Shown one piece after another: positions 61,595-64,000 of a stretch of 64,000 nucleotides of DNA (its first letter is position 1; every line of letters begins with the position of its first letter). The notes below the pieces were generated by a model. That model saw only the letters and a program-made list of their open reading frames with translations, was not told where the DNA came from and did not search any database. A program made the position numbers and the translations under genes. This DNA comes from Candidatus Bathyarchaeota archaeon. GTDB taxonomy: Archaea > Thermoproteota > Bathyarchaeia > Bathyarchaeales > Bathycorpusculaceae. The DNA lies in assembly GCA_963775895.1 (NCBI GenBank), contig CAVZKL010000028.1:11897-75896 (forward strand), given 5' to 3'.

Positions 61595-62059
61595 ATGTTG
61601 ATGAGAACCATGAGCAAAAGAAGTTTTTTGGTTCGGTTGGTCATCATCATAGCGTGCTGTCTGATATTCGGTCTATGTGAACCAACATTTTCCCGTGCGA
61701 TCAGCAACAATTCTACGCGCCGAGGCTCGATGAGAGGTGTTGGCGTGGGCGTATACTCGGATTCTCGGTGTGCCAATGCTTTGAATTTCATAAACTGGGG
61801 GCAGTTGGAACCAGGTGCCAGCGAAAGCCTGACTTGTTACGTTCGGAACGAAGGAAGGACGGCAGGTTTCCTTTCTTTGAGTGAGATGGATTGGAATCCT
61901 TCAAACGCATCTGGATTCGTCTCCTTGCATTGGAATTACACTGGTGGACTACTTTATTCAGGCCAAGTCGCCGACATTACGCTGACCCTCACGCTCTCAG
62001 CAAACGTTCCAAGGGGCTTTTCCTTCACATTTAGTTCTGTAATAATCTTTGCGAGTTAA
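61595..62059 (+). CDS. Exported beta-rich hypothetical protein, paralog 2
   Basis: Same motif set as paralog 1: GVGVGVY..C..INWGQLEPG..YVRNEG..WNP..LHWNY. Confidence 0.75.
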   Translation: MLMRTMSKRSFLVRLVIIIACCLIFGLCEPTFSRAISNNSTRRGSMRGVGVGVYSDSRCANALNFINWGQLEPGASESLTCYVRNEGRTAGFLSLSEMDWNPSNASGFVSLHWNYTGGLLYSGQVADITLTLTLSANVPRGFSFTFSSVIIFAS

Positions 62060-62124
62060 CACAGTAGGAAAACAAATGCGTGACTTTACGTGATTCTTCG
62101 GTTCGTCGACCCGCAGCAAAGTCA

Positions 62125-63969
62125 TCATTCAGAAGACCGCGGACTTGGCGATCTACGCTTGTCGACAAACATTCTTTCAAAATCGACGTCTTGCATGTTC
62201 CTTATGAACGTAATCACTTCCCTGAATTGGCCTGGAAGGTATATTGTCTCTTTCCCTGGGCCTCGAAGCGTAAACCCAGTTCTTGCCTCCACAGCAAACA
62301 CCATCACAGCAACCAGAAGCGGAATCACAGAGACCACAGCCAAGAAAATTCCCAAAAATGAGGAGGGTACGAGTCCGCTTGGTGTCAGATACTTCACCAG
62401 TTCATCAATCATAGGCCACAAGACTGATGGAAGAATTGATTCCCAAAATAGTGCGACAAAAAGCGATAGAGCAATGATGGAGCCGGCAACAAGTGTCTTC
62501 CAAGAGAATCTTCGGGTATGCTCGATGGACGTGACATTTACGTAAGGGATCTCGATGACTTTTCTTGAGATCACGCCTCTCCTGATGAATAGTCTTCGCC
62601 CAGTGGCTATCACTCCCCAAGTACCTGACGACCAACTTTTCAAGACATTCTCGGGTTCGGCTATAGTTGCTCGAACCTCACTGGGCATCGCGATCAGCCC
62701 TCTCTCTTTGATCAACTCTTCTGTCAGGGCCTTGTCAAGTTGTCCAGTGAGCTTTGAAGCAGTCATGTCTTGCGTTCTTTGCTTGGCGTTGGCCGACATT
62801 TCACTCCAGAGACTTGAGTCCTCGCACAGCTTGGTGACCGCGGCGGCTGCACCTTCCACGTCGTCCGGCCCCTTAACGTGGATGCCTTCCTTACCGTCTC
62901 GAATGAGCCAGGCTTGCCCTTCAACTCCTGATGTGATAACCGGGACCCCCGAGTACATGAACTCCATCTGTGTTAGCCCAAGAGCCTCTGACCTGCTAAG
63001 CAGAACGTTCAGGTAGGAGGATTTCATAAGCTGCACTTTCTGCTCCTCACTCACTTCTCCAAGGTACGTCACGTTTGGCAAACTCTGGGCGGTATCGATG
63101 ACTTTCTGAGAATAGGACGAATCGCCCTTTCCAGCAATGACGAAGTGAATGTCTGTTCTTTCCTTCAGAATTGCGGCTATCTTTAGGACTGCGAGCGGGT
63201 TTTTGCGTTCTTCAATACTGCCCACGTAAGACACTATTTTCTTGCCCTCGTCGATGTTGGATTCTTTGAGGAAAGTTTTGACGCCCTGAGCATTGCCTCT
63301 CGAATAGCGCGAAAAAGCCTCTTCGTCCACACCGCCAGGGTACAAGAAACACTTCTCTGGTTTTGCTCCCATCTTCACTTTGGCTTCTTTCTCCAAGGGT
63401 GTGACCACGAGAATGAGGTTTGCTGTTGAAAAAATCTGAGGAAGTGTAAGCCTGTTCCAAGCGACCCTGAAAGATCTTTCAGTCAACGAGTACCTTTTTG
63501 GTGAAGGCTCCTGAAAATGAGACATGTGGCAGAAGACGAGAGGATCTCGATATCCTCCTATTCTCTTCATGTACCGACGCCACTCTATGAACTTGGCAAC
63601 TTCCTCTGGACCATTCCACAAAGTACTATGCGTTATCAGAATATCCAGGTGGAAACCGTCGACGATTCTCTCCAAGACTGGTATGAAGTCTCTAAAGCCT
63701 ATTCGGCGAGGAGGCCATCTTGCTATATAGCTGTCCACTCGAATTATCGGTATGCCAAGTTCGGGGTCTCGTTCTGTGTACGAGTACCCCCCTGACCTGG
63801 CCAAGTCTGCCGAAGAGACCACTTCCGTGCCATCATGATAATTGCTTGTGATAAGAAATGTTTCATGCCCAAGCCTGATGAATTCCTTCACCATTCTTTC
63901 GGCAACTAGCTCTTGCCCCTTGCTGTTGCTAGTCTGATAAATTATGACTCCGATTCGCTTCTTCAGCAA
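62125..63969 (-). CDS. Glycosyltransferase family 4 fused to a C-terminal PH-like domain and TM helices
   Basis: YVGSIEERKN, EALGLTQME..GVPVI; tail ATGRRLFIRRGVIS.KVIEIPY.NVTSIE followed by hydrophobic helices. Confidence 0.85.
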   Translation of the reverse strand: MLKKRIGVIIYQTSNSKGQELVAERMVKEFIRLGHETFLITSNYHDGTEVVSSADLARSGGYSYTERDPELGIPIIRVDSYIARWPPRRIGFRDFIPVLERIVDGFHLDILITHSTLWNGPEEVAKFIEWRRYMKRIGGYRDPLVFCHMSHFQEPSPKRYSLTERSFRVAWNRLTLPQIFSTANLILVVTPLEKEAKVKMGAKPEKCFLYPGGVDEEAFSRYSRGNAQGVKTFLKESNIDEGKKIVSYVGSIEERKNPLAVLKIAAILKERTDIHFVIAGKGDSSYSQKVIDTAQSLPNVTYLGEVSEEQKVQLMKSSYLNVLLSRSEALGLTQMEFMYSGVPVITSGVEGQAWLIRDGKEGIHVKGPDDVEGAAAAVTKLCEDSSLWSEMSANAKQRTQDMTASKLTGQLDKALTEELIKERGLIAMPSEVRATIAEPENVLKSWSSGTWGVIATGRRLFIRRGVISRKVIEIPYVNVTSIEHTRRFSWKTLVAGSIIALSLFVALFWESILPSVLWPMIDELVKYLTPSGLVPSSFLGIFLAVVSVIPLLVAVMVFAVEARTGFTLRGPGKETIYLPGQFREVITFIRNMQDVDFERMFVDKRRSPSPRSSE

Positions 63970-64000
63970 TTGACTTCCCTTGCGTCTGCGGGAAACGGTG

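Noticed and set aside
788-63795. Numerous short antisense or overlapping ORFs in the track (e.g. 11742..12500, 34331..34828, 45171..45683)
   Set aside because: They shadow well-supported genes and have no recognisable motifs.
1-64000. CRISPR arrays, tRNA/rRNA genes, IS elements, inteins in MCM or RFC
   Set aside because: No spaced repeats, cloverleaf signatures or transposase motifs were seen by eye, and MCM and RFC are of normal length.

Overview
Gene-dense archaeal chromosomal segment. Gene content points to TACK, most likely Bathyarchaeia (inference from SmAP3, PUA-less arcTGT, a thaumarchaeosortase-like protein and the PCNA-primase-GINS-L44e-S27e-aIF2a-Nop10 cluster). About 18-20 single-base indels split genes, including essential ones, which indicates uncorrected sequencing errors; split genes are reported joined. 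In order the window holds: a large beta-helix/PKD/Ig surface protein; a type IV pilus locus (ATPase, TadC-like platform, six pilin-like genes, prepilin peptidase); glmM-glmU; Lrp, SmAP3, PAC2 and an M28 peptidase; tgtA, a beta-CASP RNase, archaemetzincin and presenilin; glyA and taw1; a translin/EndoV/HD/tRNA-binding cluster; rfcSL; a glutamate/nitrogen module; GINS-MCM; the translation/replication cluster interrupted by an archaeosortase and a 4-gene glycosylation island; a ~1100-aa helical-repeat protein; a pair of TasA-like exported paralogs; and a GT4 fusion. The best candidate for an undescribed system is 32.9-40.7 kb. It has a multidomain RHH-like regulator, a glutamate dehydrogenase with a tandemly duplicated N-terminal domain, an inactive-looking KaiC-like protein, a stand-alone FMN glutamate-synthase-family gene and a second, canonical GDH. 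A shared RTG(A/T)ACA repeat motif lies in three of its four intergenic regions. No tRNA, rRNA, CRISPR array or transposase was recognised.
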